A DNA stretch of 64,000 nt from a virus (taxonomy: Duplodnaviria; Heunggongvirae; Uroviricota; Caudoviricetes): positions 64,097 to 128,096 of the IMG/VR virus record IMGVR_UViG_3300018080_000113; one strand, 5' to 3'. The notes below the pieces were generated by a model, which was not told where the DNA came from, made no database searches, and saw only the letters and a program-made list of their open reading frames with translations. Below are positions 38,749 to 48,014 of the stretch, piece by piece. The translations under genes and the position numbers were made by a program. Every line of letters starts with the position of its first letter. The stretch's first letter is position 1.

Positions 38749-39213
38749 ATGTACAATCCAGACGAAGATGGAATAACTCATATCAATGCTTACTCAAAAG
38801 GCAAAACACAAACAGGTAGATTTTTAAGCAATTTTGCTCATTTTGAGTTTGAATGTAAAGATGGTAAGTTTGCTTCCATTGAAGGGTATTGGTATTGGCT
38901 TGGTGCTGACCATCCTGACAAAGATAAACTGCGTATAGTATCTGGATATACGGCTAAAAAGATTGGAAGAGAATTAAAAAGTAAAGATTGGCCAACAGAC
39001 CCAGATTTTAAAGAGAAAATTCTTAAGGCTTGTTGGCAAAAGGTAAAACAGAATTTTATTGTTAGTCATCGGCTTAGAGAATCTACTCTTCCTATTGTTC
39101 ATTATTATAGTTATGGTTCGCCACCAAAGGTTGTTGTTCCTAAAGAAGGAAAATGGATTTGGGACTGGTATGAGAAAGCTCGTGAATATCTAAAGAAACA
39201 TCCTGAGGTATAG
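38749..39213 (+). CDS. hypothetical protein
   Basis: 154-aa ORF. Confidence 0.5.
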   Translation: MYNPDEDGITHINAYSKGKTQTGRFLSNFAHFEFECKDGKFASIEGYWYWLGADHPDKDKLRIVSGYTAKKIGRELKSKDWPTDPDFKEKILKACWQKVKQNFIVSHRLRESTLPIVHYYSYGSPPKVVVPKEGKWIWDWYEKAREYLKKHPEV

Positions 39214-39215
39214 CA

Positions 39216-39518
39216 ATGGCACATCATTATCTTGAAGAAGGAGAAGCTATGGGAGCAAACATGCATTTAGAAGGAGTCAAAACTTTTGGCGATAAAGAAA
39301 AAGCAATGAAACGTATTTATGATACATGCAAGGAATATGGCATAGATATGCCGGACGAAGTACGCTGTTTCTTTAAAGATGAAGATGGATTTACTACTCC
39401 ATTAGAACAACATGGCTGTTGTACAAAACTTAATGAAGAATACAGAGATGGTTTTGAAGTTGATGTTGCTAAAATACCACTAAGTATTAAAACTATTCGA
39501 TTCTTTATTTCCTATTAA
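39216..39518 (+). CDS. hypothetical protein
   Basis: 100-aa ORF. Confidence 0.45.
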   Translation: MAHHYLEEGEAMGANMHLEGVKTFGDKEKAMKRIYDTCKEYGIDMPDEVRCFFKDEDGFTTPLEQHGCCTKLNEEYRDGFEVDVAKIPLSIKTIRFFISY

Positions 39519-39536
39519 AACTGAAAGCGAGAAGAA

Positions 39537-39806
39537 ATGAGAAATACACCAGACGATTGGGATCAATACTATTATCTTTGTCCTGACTGTGGAAAGAAAT
39601 ATCATGCTTCAGGAGAAACAGTGTGTGATTGTGTTCTTTGTGATGTTTGTGGACAATGGTTTCCTCCATTAGATATGGCCAATGAAGAATGTTGTAAATC
39701 TTGTCAAGAAGAATATGATCAAGCAAACACTACGAAAAAACAATATGTCGTTATTGGGGGAATCCTTTTCGAGGGTATACAGGAACTACAACCTTTACTA
39801 GTTTGA
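39537..39806 (+). CDS. zinc-finger protein
   Basis: CPDCGKK ... CDCVLCDVCG. Confidence 0.45.
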   Translation: MRNTPDDWDQYYYLCPDCGKKYHASGETVCDCVLCDVCGQWFPPLDMANEECCKSCQEEYDQANTTKKQYVVIGGILFEGIQELQPLLV

Positions 39807-39947
39807 AAATTGTAGGCCATTTTGACAATGAAGTAGACTTAAAGCTCTGCATAGAAGAGAAATGGGATGAACATGGAGGGCTTCTCCAGATCTTTGAGAT
39901 TGTAGGTGGCAAACTGGTAGAAAGTATTATTTAAAGGAGTAAATAAA

Positions 39948-40268
39948 ATGGACTATCTGTGTATTAGCTTGATTCATTTCTTATTCTATCTTATCTTTAT
40001 TATTCTTTTCTGTATGTATGAGCTAATTAGATATAGTTATTATTTTATTACTGATCAAGAAAGACCAGAATCAATTGTATGTAAAATTGGCAAATATGTT
40101 GATAACAATCTTTTAGACTTATACGGTTCTTATACAAGTGCCGTGGTACTATTTGTAATTATACTTTTAGTTTCTTCATTAGTAATCTGGCCTGTAGTAG
40201 ATCTATTTGTTATTTGGATATCAACTGTAGCTAGTCTTAGGTATTGGTATAAAAATAGAGACGTATAA
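39948..40268 (+). CDS. membrane protein
   Basis: 106-aa ORF with two TM helices. Confidence 0.45.
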   Translation: MDYLCISLIHFLFYLIFIILFCMYELIRYSYYFITDQERPESIVCKIGKYVDNNLLDLYGSYTSAVVLFVIILLVSSLVIWPVVDLFVIWISTVASLRYWYKNRDV

Positions 40269-40306
40269 ATTTAACAGTTTGGCGCGAGCAAATTTAAGGA
40301 GAAAAT

Positions 40307-40798
40307 ATGTCTGAAATTAAGTATCTTATTGGAGATGCAACAGAGCCTGTAGGATCTGGACCTCGTATGATTTTACATGTTTGTAATGATATTGGAGGAT
40401 GGGGAAGAGGATTTGTTTTAGCGCTTAGTAATAAGTGGGAAGGCCCAGAAAGAGAATATCGTATTTGGGCAACGGGCCAAAATCCAGAATATCCTAAGTT
40501 TCAACTTGGAGAAATTCAAGCAGTAGAAGTAAAACAAGATCTTTTTGTTGTTAACATGATTGGCCAACATGGAGTAACTTGGGTTGGAGATATTCCTCCT
40601 GTAAGATATGACAGAATTCGTCAGTGTCTTAATAAAGTTGTTAAGATGGCGAAATATATATCAGAAGATACCGTTATTCATATGCCTCGCATTGGATCAG
40701 GCTTGGCAGGCGGAACATGGCAAGTGATTGAAGGCCTAATCAAAGAAACACTCATTGGGGCAGGGATTGATGTTTTTGTTTATGATTTGCCGGAATAA
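40307..40798 (+). CDS. macro-domain protein (ADP-ribose binding / processing)
   Basis: LIGDATEP ... VCNDIGGWGRGF ... IGSGLAGG matches the macro-fold signature. Confidence 0.65.
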   Translation: MSEIKYLIGDATEPVGSGPRMILHVCNDIGGWGRGFVLALSNKWEGPEREYRIWATGQNPEYPKFQLGEIQAVEVKQDLFVVNMIGQHGVTWVGDIPPVRYDRIRQCLNKVVKMAKYISEDTVIHMPRIGSGLAGGTWQVIEGLIKETLIGAGIDVFVYDLPE

Positions 40799-40844
40799 TA
40801 GAATTGAATAGAATTAAACTGAACAGAACCGAAAGGAAAAGAAC

Positions 40845-41285
40845 ATGACAGAAATTACTTTTTATGACCTCGTAAAGATCTTTGGTGTAGCTCAAGCAAC
40901 AGATGCAGTAGAAAGCCATGTCGACAGACAATATGCAAAGCTTTGCCAAGAATCACCTAGAACAGAAGATACAGAAACTCGTATTCGTATCTTCAAAGAA
41001 GACCCTTTTACTTTTGTGCAAGCTATGGCACTGGACGATAGTGGATTTAACAAGACTAGACCCGTTCAGCCTATTTATGGAGACACGGGACCTATGAAAG
41101 ATCCTCAGGGCAAATACAACGTTAAGTGTTCGAACGGAAGTTTTGAAATTAATGTTGGAGACTATCTTATCTTGTCTACTGACAATAAAAACAATCATCA
41201 AAACATTGAAGTCATGTCTCAAAATCAATTCAAGACTTCGTATGTTAGAAGCGAAAATGTGTCTAGTTTCAAAATGCCACTTTAA
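40845..41285 (+). CDS. hypothetical protein
   Basis: 146-aa ORF. Confidence 0.45.
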   Translation: MTEITFYDLVKIFGVAQATDAVESHVDRQYAKLCQESPRTEDTETRIRIFKEDPFTFVQAMALDDSGFNKTRPVQPIYGDTGPMKDPQGKYNVKCSNGSFEINVGDYLILSTDNKNNHQNIEVMSQNQFKTSYVRSENVSSFKMPL

Positions 41286-41287
41286 AA

Positions 41288-41514
41288 TGGCTACTTATAG
41301 ACTTGCAGAACATCATCCTGCAATGAAAGCTCTTAATGAGTTGTGGCAGAAAGCAGACGAACTTGGCATTAATATATGCGTCATTAGTGAATGCGCTATA
41401 GTCACAATAAATGGAAAAGATTTTAAATTACAGGATATAGAAAATAGTGATTATCCTATGACTGAATTTCCTCCTAGTTGTGAATTTAAACTTACATACG
41501 AAAAAGAGGAGTAG
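41288..41514 (+). CDS. hypothetical protein
   Basis: Internal ATG of ORF 41143..41514, just after the upstream stop. Confidence 0.35.
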
Positions 41515-41517
41515 ATA

Positions 41518-42384
41518 ATGTTTGATAGTCTTGGCGACCGCATGAAGAAATATGAGAAGACTGAAACAGGCAGAAAATTTATGCCTTTGCTTCCTGTAGT
41601 AGCAAGAATAGACGGAAAGGCTTTTCATACTTGGACCAAAGGACTTGATAGACCATTTGATGCTGACATGATTCAAATCATGCAGAATACTACCAAAAAA
41701 CTTGTTGAAGAAACTAGTGCTAAGGTTGGTTATACACAAAGTGACGAGATCTCTCTTGTGTTCTATTCAGATGATATTGAAAGTCAAATATTCTTTGATG
41801 GCAAAATCTTTAAGATGACTAGTGTACTTGCTAGTATGACTACTGCTATTTTCAACGAAAAAATTCTTAGTTTAGCAGGTAATTTGTACAATGATTCTAC
41901 TTGTTACGAAACAGAGACAACAAGAAGACTTAATAAAATAGTTACAAAACCAATGGCATTATTTGATTGTAGAGTGTGGCAAATGCCTACAAAGGAAGAA
42001 GTTTGTAACTATCTAGTTTGGCGCGAGCAAGACGCAGTAAGAAATAGTATTCAATCTGTAGGCCAAGCCAATTTTTCTCAGAAACAATTGCATGGTAAAA
42101 GCCAAAAAGAAATTCAAGAAATGTTGTTTCAAGAAAAAGACATCAACTGGAATGACTGCTTAATAGCTGAGAAGAGAGGAACTTACTTTCAGAAGCGTCA
42201 AGTAGAAAGGATGTTCTCTGTGAATGAACTTACAAAGCTTCCTGAGAAACATGAGGCTAAAAAGAATCCTTATCTTAAAGTTCTTCGAAATGACATTGTT
42301 ACTTTAAACATGCCTAGACTTGCTTCTATTGATAATAGGATAGAGGTTGTTTTTGATGGAGCTGAGCCAGTTATAAAAAGGTAA
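41518..42384 (+). CDS. Thg1-like tRNA-His guanylyltransferase / 3'-5' polymerase (TLP)
   Basis: N-terminal RIDGKAFHTWTK and metal-binding YTQSDEISLVF are the Thg1 hallmark blocks. Confidence 0.65.
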   Translation: MFDSLGDRMKKYEKTETGRKFMPLLPVVARIDGKAFHTWTKGLDRPFDADMIQIMQNTTKKLVEETSAKVGYTQSDEISLVFYSDDIESQIFFDGKIFKMTSVLASMTTAIFNEKILSLAGNLYNDSTCYETETTRRLNKIVTKPMALFDCRVWQMPTKEEVCNYLVWREQDAVRNSIQSVGQANFSQKQLHGKSQKEIQEMLFQEKDINWNDCLIAEKRGTYFQKRQVERMFSVNELTKLPEKHEAKKNPYLKVLRNDIVTLNMPRLASIDNRIEVVFDGAEPVIKR

Positions 42385-42388
42385 GTCA

Positions 42389-42574
42389 ATGTTAAATAAA
42401 GATTGTGAAGACTGCATGTCTTACGAACTAAAGATAACAAAAGAAATATGTCCTAAATCACAAAAAGAATGTGGGCATCATTGTGATCATTCTTGGACGC
42501 ATGATATATGTTGCTGGTGTGGCAAAGAATGGGGAGAACAATCAGATGTGCTTGATAATAACCGAAGAGTCTAA
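42389..42574 (+). CDS. Cys/His-rich small protein
   Basis: 61-aa ORF (CEDC ... CGHHCDH ... CCWC). Confidence 0.4.
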   Translation: MLNKDCEDCMSYELKITKEICPKSQKECGHHCDHSWTHDICCWCGKEWGEQSDVLDNNRRV

Positions 42575-42956
42575 GATTAAAACCACACGAATCAAACGCA
42601 AACGAGAAGATATTGTCGCGTACAAAGTAGTTACAGTAGATTATGAAAGTCCGTTTTATCGTGACTTCGTGTGGTCCAAGAATGGCACCGTGTTGTCTGG
42701 GCGGAAAAGCGCTAGAAGAACAAATCGCGAAAACAGAGCGATGGAAATCCATAGCGGCGTGCACTTGATCACGGAAAGACCTGAAGTTGTGAACGGCAAA
42801 CTAGCGTGTCCGTGTCCGTATCCGTGTCTGTGTCCATATTATATTGTGTTAAAAATACGAGTTCGTGCTGAAGATTTGATTGCAGTTGGCATGTGGAACG
42901 TTGAAAGATCTATGGTTGTTACAAAATGTGAAGTTTTAGGTGTTGTAAATGAATAA
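42552..42956 (+). CDS. hypothetical protein (start uncertain)
   Basis: Internal ATG of ORF 42471..42956; contains the inverted microsatellite copy. Confidence 0.4.
   Translation: MIITEESKIKTTRIKRKREDIVAYKVVTVDYESPFYRDFVWSKNGTVLSGRKSARRTNRENRAMEIHSGVHLITERPEVVNGKLACPCPYPCLCPYYIVLKIRVRAEDLIAVGMWNVERSMVVTKCEVLGVVNE
42806..42835. repeat. inverted partial copy (~30 nt) of the 37260-37320 (GACACG/GATACG) microsatellite
   Basis: GTGTCCGTGTCCGTATCCGTGTCTGTGTCC is the reverse complement of units in the esterase-gene repeat. Confidence 0.6.
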
Positions 42957-43251
42957 CATTCTAAAAGACAGAGAATGTACAGGATGTGGATGTCTATTTG
43001 TTCCTTATGACAACCGTATTAACAATATAACAGACAAAAGATGTCCATATTGTGGTGGTGGCAGAGGACATGTAGTTAAGATTCCTGCTCAACGTATCAA
43101 AGAACTTCAAGATAAGGTTGAATCACTAGAAGGAGACTTAGAGACTTTTGCAGCTAACGCTTTAGAACGGATGAACGATCTTCAAAGAGAAATTGACAAG
43201 TTAAGACAAAGAGATGCAGATGGGCCAGACTGGAAAGATTGTAGCTACTAA
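42949..43251 (+). CDS. zinc-ribbon plus coiled-coil protein
   Basis: CTGCGC ... CPYCGGG. Confidence 0.45.
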   Translation: MNNILKDRECTGCGCLFVPYDNRINNITDKRCPYCGGGRGHVVKIPAQRIKELQDKVESLEGDLETFAANALERMNDLQREIDKLRQRDADGPDWKDCSY

Positions 43252-43265
43252 AGGAGCAAACTAAA

Positions 43266-43493
43266 ATGGGATATTGGCAAAAAGAACCTGATCTTCTATT
43301 TAGAAAAGGCATGGATATGTTTGGCAAGTTTGACTGGGAAAACTATACATACATGGGCAAAGATAAAGAAGATGCTGTTGTGACAGCATTCCTAGATGAC
43401 AATAATCTAGTAGAAATGACAATAACTTCTGCATGTGTTGGATTCTCATATACTTTTCAGAAAAGACCAAGAGTAAAAACCAATGATAATTAA
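43266..43493 (+). CDS. hypothetical protein
   Basis: 75-aa ORF. Confidence 0.45.
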   Translation: MGYWQKEPDLLFRKGMDMFGKFDWENYTYMGKDKEDAVVTAFLDDNNLVEMTITSACVGFSYTFQKRPRVKTNDN

Positions 43494-44679
43494 ATCAATC
43501 TTAGATACAGATTTATATAAACTTACGATGGGCCAAGCTATTGCCCAAAAGTTTCCTCATGCCAAAGCTCAATATAAATTCATTAATCGTGGCGGAACCA
43601 AATTTCTCCGTAGCACTGCAAGAGAGCTTAAGCAAGAAATTCAAAATATGGCAAGTCTTAAGCTTAGTGCAAATGAAAAGGACTGGCTTAGAGCAAACTG
43701 TTCATACTTCAATCCTGTTTATCTAGATTTCTTGGCAGGGTATAAATATGACCCTTCTGAAGTAGATGTTAGATTCTATAGTACATCATCAGAAGACGAT
43801 GGGTCTGATATGGCATTAGGAGATATTGATATTACAATTACAGGGCCTTGGTATCGCACTGTTTATTGGGAAGTTCCATTGATGGCAATTGTCTCTGAGC
43901 TATACAACAGGAACAGTAAACAACCTAGTTATTGTGACATTGAAACTGTTGTAGAGAAAAGCAAAACATTGACTAGCAACGAATGTTTCTTTGCTGACTT
44001 TGGTACGAGAAGAAGATTTAGCCAACAACACCATGACAAAGTAGTAAAAACTTTAGACAAACAGATGGGTACATTTGTCGGTACAAGCAATGTTCATTTG
44101 GCAATGCAATATCAAGTTAAACCAATTGGGACTCAGGCACATGAATGGTTTATGTTCCATGGTGCAAAATATGGTTATCGCGAAGCTAATAGAATAGCAC
44201 TTAAGAACTGGGTTGACGTTTATCATGGTAGTCTTGGTATTGCATTAACAGATACTTTTGGTACTGATGATTTCTTTAAGAGCTTTGGCTCAAAATATTC
44301 AAAACTATTTGATGGCATTCGTCACGATAGTGGCGACTGGAATACATTTGCAAAAACTACTATTGCACATTATTTGAAAAAAAACATTAACCCTAATACT
44401 AAAACGATTGTATTTTCAGATGGTCTTAATGTAAAAAAAGTTCTTGAAATAAATAAAGCTTATGACAGAAGAATCAAATGTTCTTATGGTATTGGCACAA
44501 ACCTTACTAACGATATTAAAGATGGAGCAAAACCACTTAATATGGTTATCAAAATGACAAGCTGTAAGCCTTATGAAGAACATAATTGGTTGCCGGTTGT
44601 TAAGTTGTCTGACGACAAGGGCAAACATACAGGCGCTTCTGAAGAGATTGAATTGTGTAAAAAAACATTGAGGCTATAA
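43483..44679 (+). CDS. pncB: nicotinate phosphoribosyltransferase
   Basis: Blocks match E. coli PncB: ILDTDLYKLTM, GPWYRTVYWEVPLMAIVSE, DFGTRRRFS, GTSN, IGTQAHEWF, GIALTD, RHDSGD, FSDGLN, YGIGT, KLSDDKGK. Confidence 0.85.
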   Translation: MIIKSILDTDLYKLTMGQAIAQKFPHAKAQYKFINRGGTKFLRSTARELKQEIQNMASLKLSANEKDWLRANCSYFNPVYLDFLAGYKYDPSEVDVRFYSTSSEDDGSDMALGDIDITITGPWYRTVYWEVPLMAIVSELYNRNSKQPSYCDIETVVEKSKTLTSNECFFADFGTRRRFSQQHHDKVVKTLDKQMGTFVGTSNVHLAMQYQVKPIGTQAHEWFMFHGAKYGYREANRIALKNWVDVYHGSLGIALTDTFGTDDFFKSFGSKYSKLFDGIRHDSGDWNTFAKTTIAHYLKKNINPNTKTIVFSDGLNVKKVLEINKAYDRRIKCSYGIGTNLTNDIKDGAKPLNMVIKMTSCKPYEEHNWLPVVKLSDDKGKHTGASEEIELCKKTLRL

Positions 44680-44946
44680 ATGAAATCTACTGATATTTTA
44701 ATGAAGTCACCAGGTTATATAGTAACTGGATTTACACGAAACACAAACGCAAGAGGATATAAAGAATTAGAAATAGACGATATTATTCAATTCTCTATTA
44801 GAGTAAGAACAAATTCACGTTATTCTTCAGATGTAATTATATCTTGTCTTAACAAAGGTATTAGTTGGGCAAACAATCAGGGTTTATTTGCATTAAATAT
44901 TGGAATATTGGAACTTAAGGAGATTGATGATGGAATATTGCTATAA
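44680..44946 (+). CDS. hypothetical protein
   Basis: 88-aa ORF between pncB and nadE. Confidence 0.4.
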   Translation: MKSTDILMKSPGYIVTGFTRNTNARGYKELEIDDIIQFSIRVRTNSRYSSDVIISCLNKGISWANNQGLFALNIGILELKEIDDGILL

Positions 44947-45715
44947 GATTGCAGAATGGATTAAAGATTATTTTCAAGAAACAGGGAAAACAAAAGCTAT
45001 TGTTGGTATTTCAGGTGGAATTGATTCAGCAGTTGTGGCTTCTCTTTGTGTAAAAGCTTTAGGCAAAGAAAATGTTCTTGGTGTAATTATTCCTATTGAA
45101 TCATCAATTTATGATGGCTTAGATGCTATGAAAGTAATAGAAAAGCTTGGTATTGATCATATTGAAGTTCATGGTGATTCTCCATTTTATAAAACGTGGC
45201 AAAAGATTATTGATTCTACAATCGGTCTTGCTAGAGAAAATAAACTTATAAAGAATCACAAACTAGTCAAAGGAAATGTTAAAGCACGCATAAGAATGAC
45301 AACTCTATATGCTATTTCTGAAATGACTAACGGGTTGGTTGTTGGCACTACAAACAAGACAGAAGCTCTTATTGGATATGCCACCAAATATGGTGACGGC
45401 GGTGTTGATATTGAACCAATCATGGATTATTACAAAACAGAAGTTTTTGAAATGGCACGTTATCTTGATGTTCCTGTGAGTATTATCAATAAGAAACCAT
45501 CGGCAGGACTGTGGGACGGACAAACTGATGAAGATGAGCTTGGAATGTCATATGCAGAAATTGATATGGCCCTTAAGCTTATCAAAGGCGAACCTTTCTA
45601 TGGCGTACAAAAAACACAGTCTTGGTCTTTGTTTAAAGAAACAGTTGCTAAAGTTGAGAAACTTATCCAAACAACAGAACATAAAAGAAATCTTCCTCCG
45701 TATTATAAGAGGTAA
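44927..45715 (+). CDS. nadE: NH3-dependent NAD+ synthetase
   Basis: PP-loop SGGIDSAV, TTNKTEALIGYATKYGDGGVDIEPI and AGLWDGQTDEDELG. Track start 44900 is TTG; first ATG is 44927 after AAGGAG. Confidence 0.85.
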   Translation: MMEYCYKIAEWIKDYFQETGKTKAIVGISGGIDSAVVASLCVKALGKENVLGVIIPIESSIYDGLDAMKVIEKLGIDHIEVHGDSPFYKTWQKIIDSTIGLARENKLIKNHKLVKGNVKARIRMTTLYAISEMTNGLVVGTTNKTEALIGYATKYGDGGVDIEPIMDYYKTEVFEMARYLDVPVSIINKKPSAGLWDGQTDEDELGMSYAEIDMALKLIKGEPFYGVQKTQSWSLFKETVAKVEKLIQTTEHKRNLPPYYKR

Positions 45716-45730
45716 CAATAAGGATTCAAA

Positions 45731-46270
45731 ATGAAAACTCTAATCGTAGTAGACGCACAAAAAGATTTTATGCCTGGTGGAAACTTAGCAGTCCCAAATG
45801 GTGATGAAATTGTTCCATATATTAATAACATTAAAAAGAACTATGATTTAGTTATTTGGACAAAAGATTGGCATCCACAGAATCATTGTTCTTTCTTGGC
45901 ACAAGGTGGTATTTGGCCTGAACATTGTGTTCAAATGAGTCAAAATGCTGCATTGCATGGCAATCTAGAAGTTCTTGGTGAAGACTATGTTGTTACTAAA
46001 GGATGCAATCAAAAGTTTGATAGCTATAGTGCATTCTTTGACGATGGCGGAACCGATACGGGCTTAGAATCTTTACTCGTTAGCAGAGGAATAACAGAGA
46101 TTGACATCTGTGGCTTGGCACTTGAATATTGCGTAAAATTTACTGTATTAGATGCGTTGAAACTTGGACACAAGGTAAATCTACTTACGTCTGGTTGTCG
46201 TGGAATTGACAACAATGATGTTGCTTCTGCTTTAACAGAAATGAAAACTAAAGGTGCAAACATTATCTAG
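45731..46270 (+). CDS. pncA: nicotinamidase (isochorismatase family)
   Basis: LIVVDAQKDF (catalytic Asp), DWHPQNHCSF (metal site), VVTKG (Lys), DICGLALEYCV (Cys). Confidence 0.8.
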   Translation: MKTLIVVDAQKDFMPGGNLAVPNGDEIVPYINNIKKNYDLVIWTKDWHPQNHCSFLAQGGIWPEHCVQMSQNAALHGNLEVLGEDYVVTKGCNQKFDSYSAFFDDGGTDTGLESLLVSRGITEIDICGLALEYCVKFTVLDALKLGHKVNLLTSGCRGIDNNDVASALTEMKTKGANII

Positions 46271-46279
46271 GAGTACAAA

Positions 46280-46822
46280 ATGACAATAATAGGTTTGCTG
46301 GGCGGTACGTTTGATCCTCCTCATCTTGGTCATCTTGCAGTAGCAAGAATAGCATTGTGGACTGGCGATATTGATGCAGTATGGATGCTTCCTTGTTGGG
46401 AACATGCTTTTGGCAAAAAACCAAAAGACTTTCATCATAGAGCAAGTATGTGTCAACAGATGGTAGAAGAAGAGAAAGATGTTCTTGTTTGTACCGATGA
46501 GGCAGAAATTAAATCAAAATGCGCAATGGACATTCTGACCTATATTATAAAGAAAAATCCTGACAAAGAATTTAGATTGATTCTTGGTACTGATAATTAC
46601 TGGAAAATGGATCAATGGGAAGATAGGCCTGGAGTTTATAAACTAGCAAGGCCTCTTTGGGTCGAACGCTCTGGCGAGTCTAGAATTCCTGAAAGGGTTT
46701 GTTTTCTTAGTAATGACATTAGTTCTACAAAGGCAAGACAAGCTCTTACTGATGGAGAGCCAGTAAATGAAATGCTGCACGATAAAGTAATTAAATATAT
46801 TGTGCAAAATAAGGTTTATTAA
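46280..46822 (+). CDS. nadD: nicotinate/nicotinamide mononucleotide adenylyltransferase
   Basis: GGTFDPPHLGHL nucleotidyltransferase motif and C-terminal ISSTKAR. Confidence 0.8.
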   Translation: MTIIGLLGGTFDPPHLGHLAVARIALWTGDIDAVWMLPCWEHAFGKKPKDFHHRASMCQQMVEEEKDVLVCTDEAEIKSKCAMDILTYIIKKNPDKEFRLILGTDNYWKMDQWEDRPGVYKLARPLWVERSGESRIPERVCFLSNDISSTKARQALTDGEPVNEMLHDKVIKYIVQNKVY

Positions 46823-46823
46823 A

Positions 46824-47048
46824 ATGGTATATGCAGTTAATGCTAACCAAACAGCTAGAGCGGCATTATCTGAAGAGATGAAGCCTGTCTTTGGCCAAAT
46901 TGCTGAAGTTGCTTCAGAGGGGTTGTTTGCTACTCAAATAAGAGTAGAACCAAAAAACTTTCTTCGTTTTAAAAGAGAGTTAGAAAGAAGAAGATTTGAA
47001 GTTGAAGGACACATGAACGTTTTATATATTGAATGGCATACAGTATGA
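46824..47048 (+). CDS. hypothetical protein
   Basis: Internal ATG of ORF 46800..47048, right after the nadD stop. Confidence 0.4.
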   Translation: MVYAVNANQTARAALSEEMKPVFGQIAEVASEGLFATQIRVEPKNFLRFKRELERRRFEVEGHMNVLYIEWHTV

Positions 47049-47053
47049 GCTAA

Positions 47054-47126
47054 GGGCGTATGGTGAAATTGGATATCATAAAAGATTTCTACTTTTTTGT
47101 TCTGGGTTCAAATCCTAGTGCGCCTG
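47054..47126 (+). tRNA. tRNA, anticodon TTC (Glu-like); weak D-stem and U37
   Basis: Acceptor GGGCGTA/TGCGCCT. Anticodon arm AAAAG-ATTTCTA-CTTTT. T-arm CTGGG TTCAAAT CCTAG. Confidence 0.45.
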
Positions 47127-47131
47127 CTGAA

Positions 47132-47204
47132 GTCTGCGTGGCCAAATTGGTACGGCATCTGACTGCAAATCAGAAGATTGTGGGTTCAACTCCCTCCGCA
47201 GACT
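47132..47204 (+). tRNA. tRNA-Cys (GCA)
   Basis: Acceptor GTCTGCG/CGCAGAC. Anticodon arm TCTGA-CTGCAAA-TCAGA. T-loop TTCAACT. Confidence 0.75.
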
Positions 47205-47224
47205 CTAAAAGATAAGGAGTTGGC

Positions 47225-48007
47225 ATGTATGAAGACAGGAAAAGACAAAATAAACGTTGGCATCAAGCACTATTAACAAGTAGACTTAATGATCAACGTG
47301 TGTTAAATCCTAAACTGAATCATGGTTCTATTTTAGTTTTGTCAGGACCTAATCCAGAAGAAGCTATTAAGTACTATGCCAAGTACAAAATGTATAGAAA
47401 CTGTATTCTTGTAGAGAGCAATAGAAAAACATTTGCTGAAGCTTATTTTAACTTCGACCCACTAGGTCGCCACATAGAGCTGATACGTGACGACATTTTT
47501 GTTGCAGCCAAAAGACATTCAAATGAGTTAAGAGGCATAGATTTTGATTTTTGTACTACGTTAAAAGAAGAATTAGTTAAAAAGATAGCAATTACAGTAG
47601 CAAGGTTAGAAAAACCTTGTATTTGGTTTAGAGTTACTAGTTGTCATAGAGGAATCAAAGGAGAAAAACTTAGAGAGAAACAAAATTCGATAGTTGAAGC
47701 TATTAAGAAACTTTCTGATTATCAACTAGTAGATGAAGCATTTGTAAACTATAGGGACAAGATCCCAATGAATACATGGCAAGTAGTCATGCGAAACAAC
47801 AGAAAGATGGAGGACGGAACAATGCGTACACTTAGAGAAATGACACATGCAGAGAAAGACATGGCTCGTGCACTCGTAGACCGAAAATACGACCAAAAAC
47901 AAAACACTAACTATAGCGATGACGACATTGCTCGTGTACTTCAAATGAGCCCTTACTCTGTATCGGCACTGAAAGCACATGTGACAATGCGTGACCAAAA
48001 TAACTAG
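47225..48007 (+). CDS. hypothetical protein with C-terminal helix-turn-helix (sigma region-4 / LuxR-like)
   Basis: 260-aa ORF ending ...DDDIARVLQMSPYSVSALKAHV. Confidence 0.5.
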   Translation: MYEDRKRQNKRWHQALLTSRLNDQRVLNPKLNHGSILVLSGPNPEEAIKYYAKYKMYRNCILVESNRKTFAEAYFNFDPLGRHIELIRDDIFVAAKRHSNELRGIDFDFCTTLKEELVKKIAITVARLEKPCIWFRVTSCHRGIKGEKLREKQNSIVEAIKKLSDYQLVDEAFVNYRDKIPMNTWQVVMRNNRKMEDGTMRTLREMTHAEKDMARALVDRKYDQKQNTNYSDDDIARVLQMSPYSVSALKAHVTMRDQNN

Positions 48008-48014
48008 TGAGAGT

